DNA of 20,000 nucleotides from Seison nebaliae (taxonomy: Eukaryota): positions 114,615 through 134,614 of the forward strand of contig JALJEE010001441.1 in assembly GCA_023231475.1 (NCBI GenBank), in the 5' to 3' direction. The notes beneath the pieces are model-generated. The model searched no databases and had not been told where the DNA came from. It saw only the letters and a program-made list of their open reading frames with translations. The position numbers and the translations under genes were made by a program. Every line of letters starts with the position of its first letter. Position 1 is the first letter of the stretch. Positions 19,483 through 20,000 of this stretch are shown piece by piece.

Positions 19483-20000
19483 AGTCTGTTATGGAAAAGG
19501 TGAAAATGAAAACAATTTCTATTAGAACGTAGAGTAGAGGCGATTGAGCAGAAGAGAAAGTCAAGTAAGAAATTAATGAAATTTCTATATGAATTAATTT
19601 AGGGGGATGATTGATGGATGAAAATATTTAAATAAAAATAAAGAACTTTTTTGTTTCATATGAAACATTTAGATCTACAGTTCAATGAAGATGGGTAGAT
19701 AGGGTAACGATGGAAGACTATTAAAAAGTATTTGTCCATGGACAGGATGAAAAGAAGCGATAGAGCATGAAGGAAAAAAGACGTTCTTAACGTGATCGTT
19801 TAATCTAACGGACGAAGGATACATGCAATTATTTCATTAACAAATAAGCAGGAATAATTAAGAAGAATGATAATCATGAAACTAAAGTAATTTGAGTATA
19901 TGACGGAATTTACGTACATGCGAATACTACATATTAATTATTCATTTGTTCTTCTTCAAATTATCTGCAACTTTTTTCTCTTCATTATGTTCCGCTTCAT

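Noticed and set aside
1..20000. Alternative genetic code, frameshifting or pseudogenes as the cause of fragmented ORFs
   Set aside because: Every break is resolved by a short GT-AG intron with consistent phase, and TAA, TAG and TGA all serve as true stops.
1..20000. snRNA (U1/U6) or spliced-leader RNA gene that might explain the GTT donors
   Set aside because: No recognisable U1 5' end with downstream structure, U6 core or SL RNA was found by eye. ATACTTAC at about 2443 lacks the rest of U1. A covariance-model search is needed.
1..20000. CRISPR array, prokaryotic operon or autonomous transposon
   Set aside because: The DNA is intron-rich and eukaryotic, with no repeat-spacer array and no transposase or reverse-transcriptase motifs.

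Overview
AT-rich, gene-dense eukaryotic DNA using the standard genetic code. It is probably from a compact-genome ciliated invertebrate, inferred from the gene content (CFAP251 with an RFX X-box, LRRC59, CA10/11-like CARP, ACBD4/5-like). The ORF track is fragmented because genes are split by tiny introns (40-66 nt, one of 113 nt). I hand-spliced eight protein genes: two divergently transcribed signal peptide + PLAT-like ectodomain + single-TM proteins, a Cys-rich secreted or GPI-like proprotein, an intronless S/T-rich disordered protein, CFAP251, LRRC59, an acatalytic carbonic anhydrase-related protein and an ACBD5-like protein. There is also an intron-containing elongator tRNA-Met. The main anomaly is splicing: 30 of 32 complete introns start GTT instead of the usual GTA/GTG, +4 to +6 are largely unconstrained, and all four introns over 60 nt start GTTAGA. 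This points to a lineage-specific 5' splice-site code. All exon structures and family assignments come from reading-frame logic and recalled motifs, not from database searches or RNA data.
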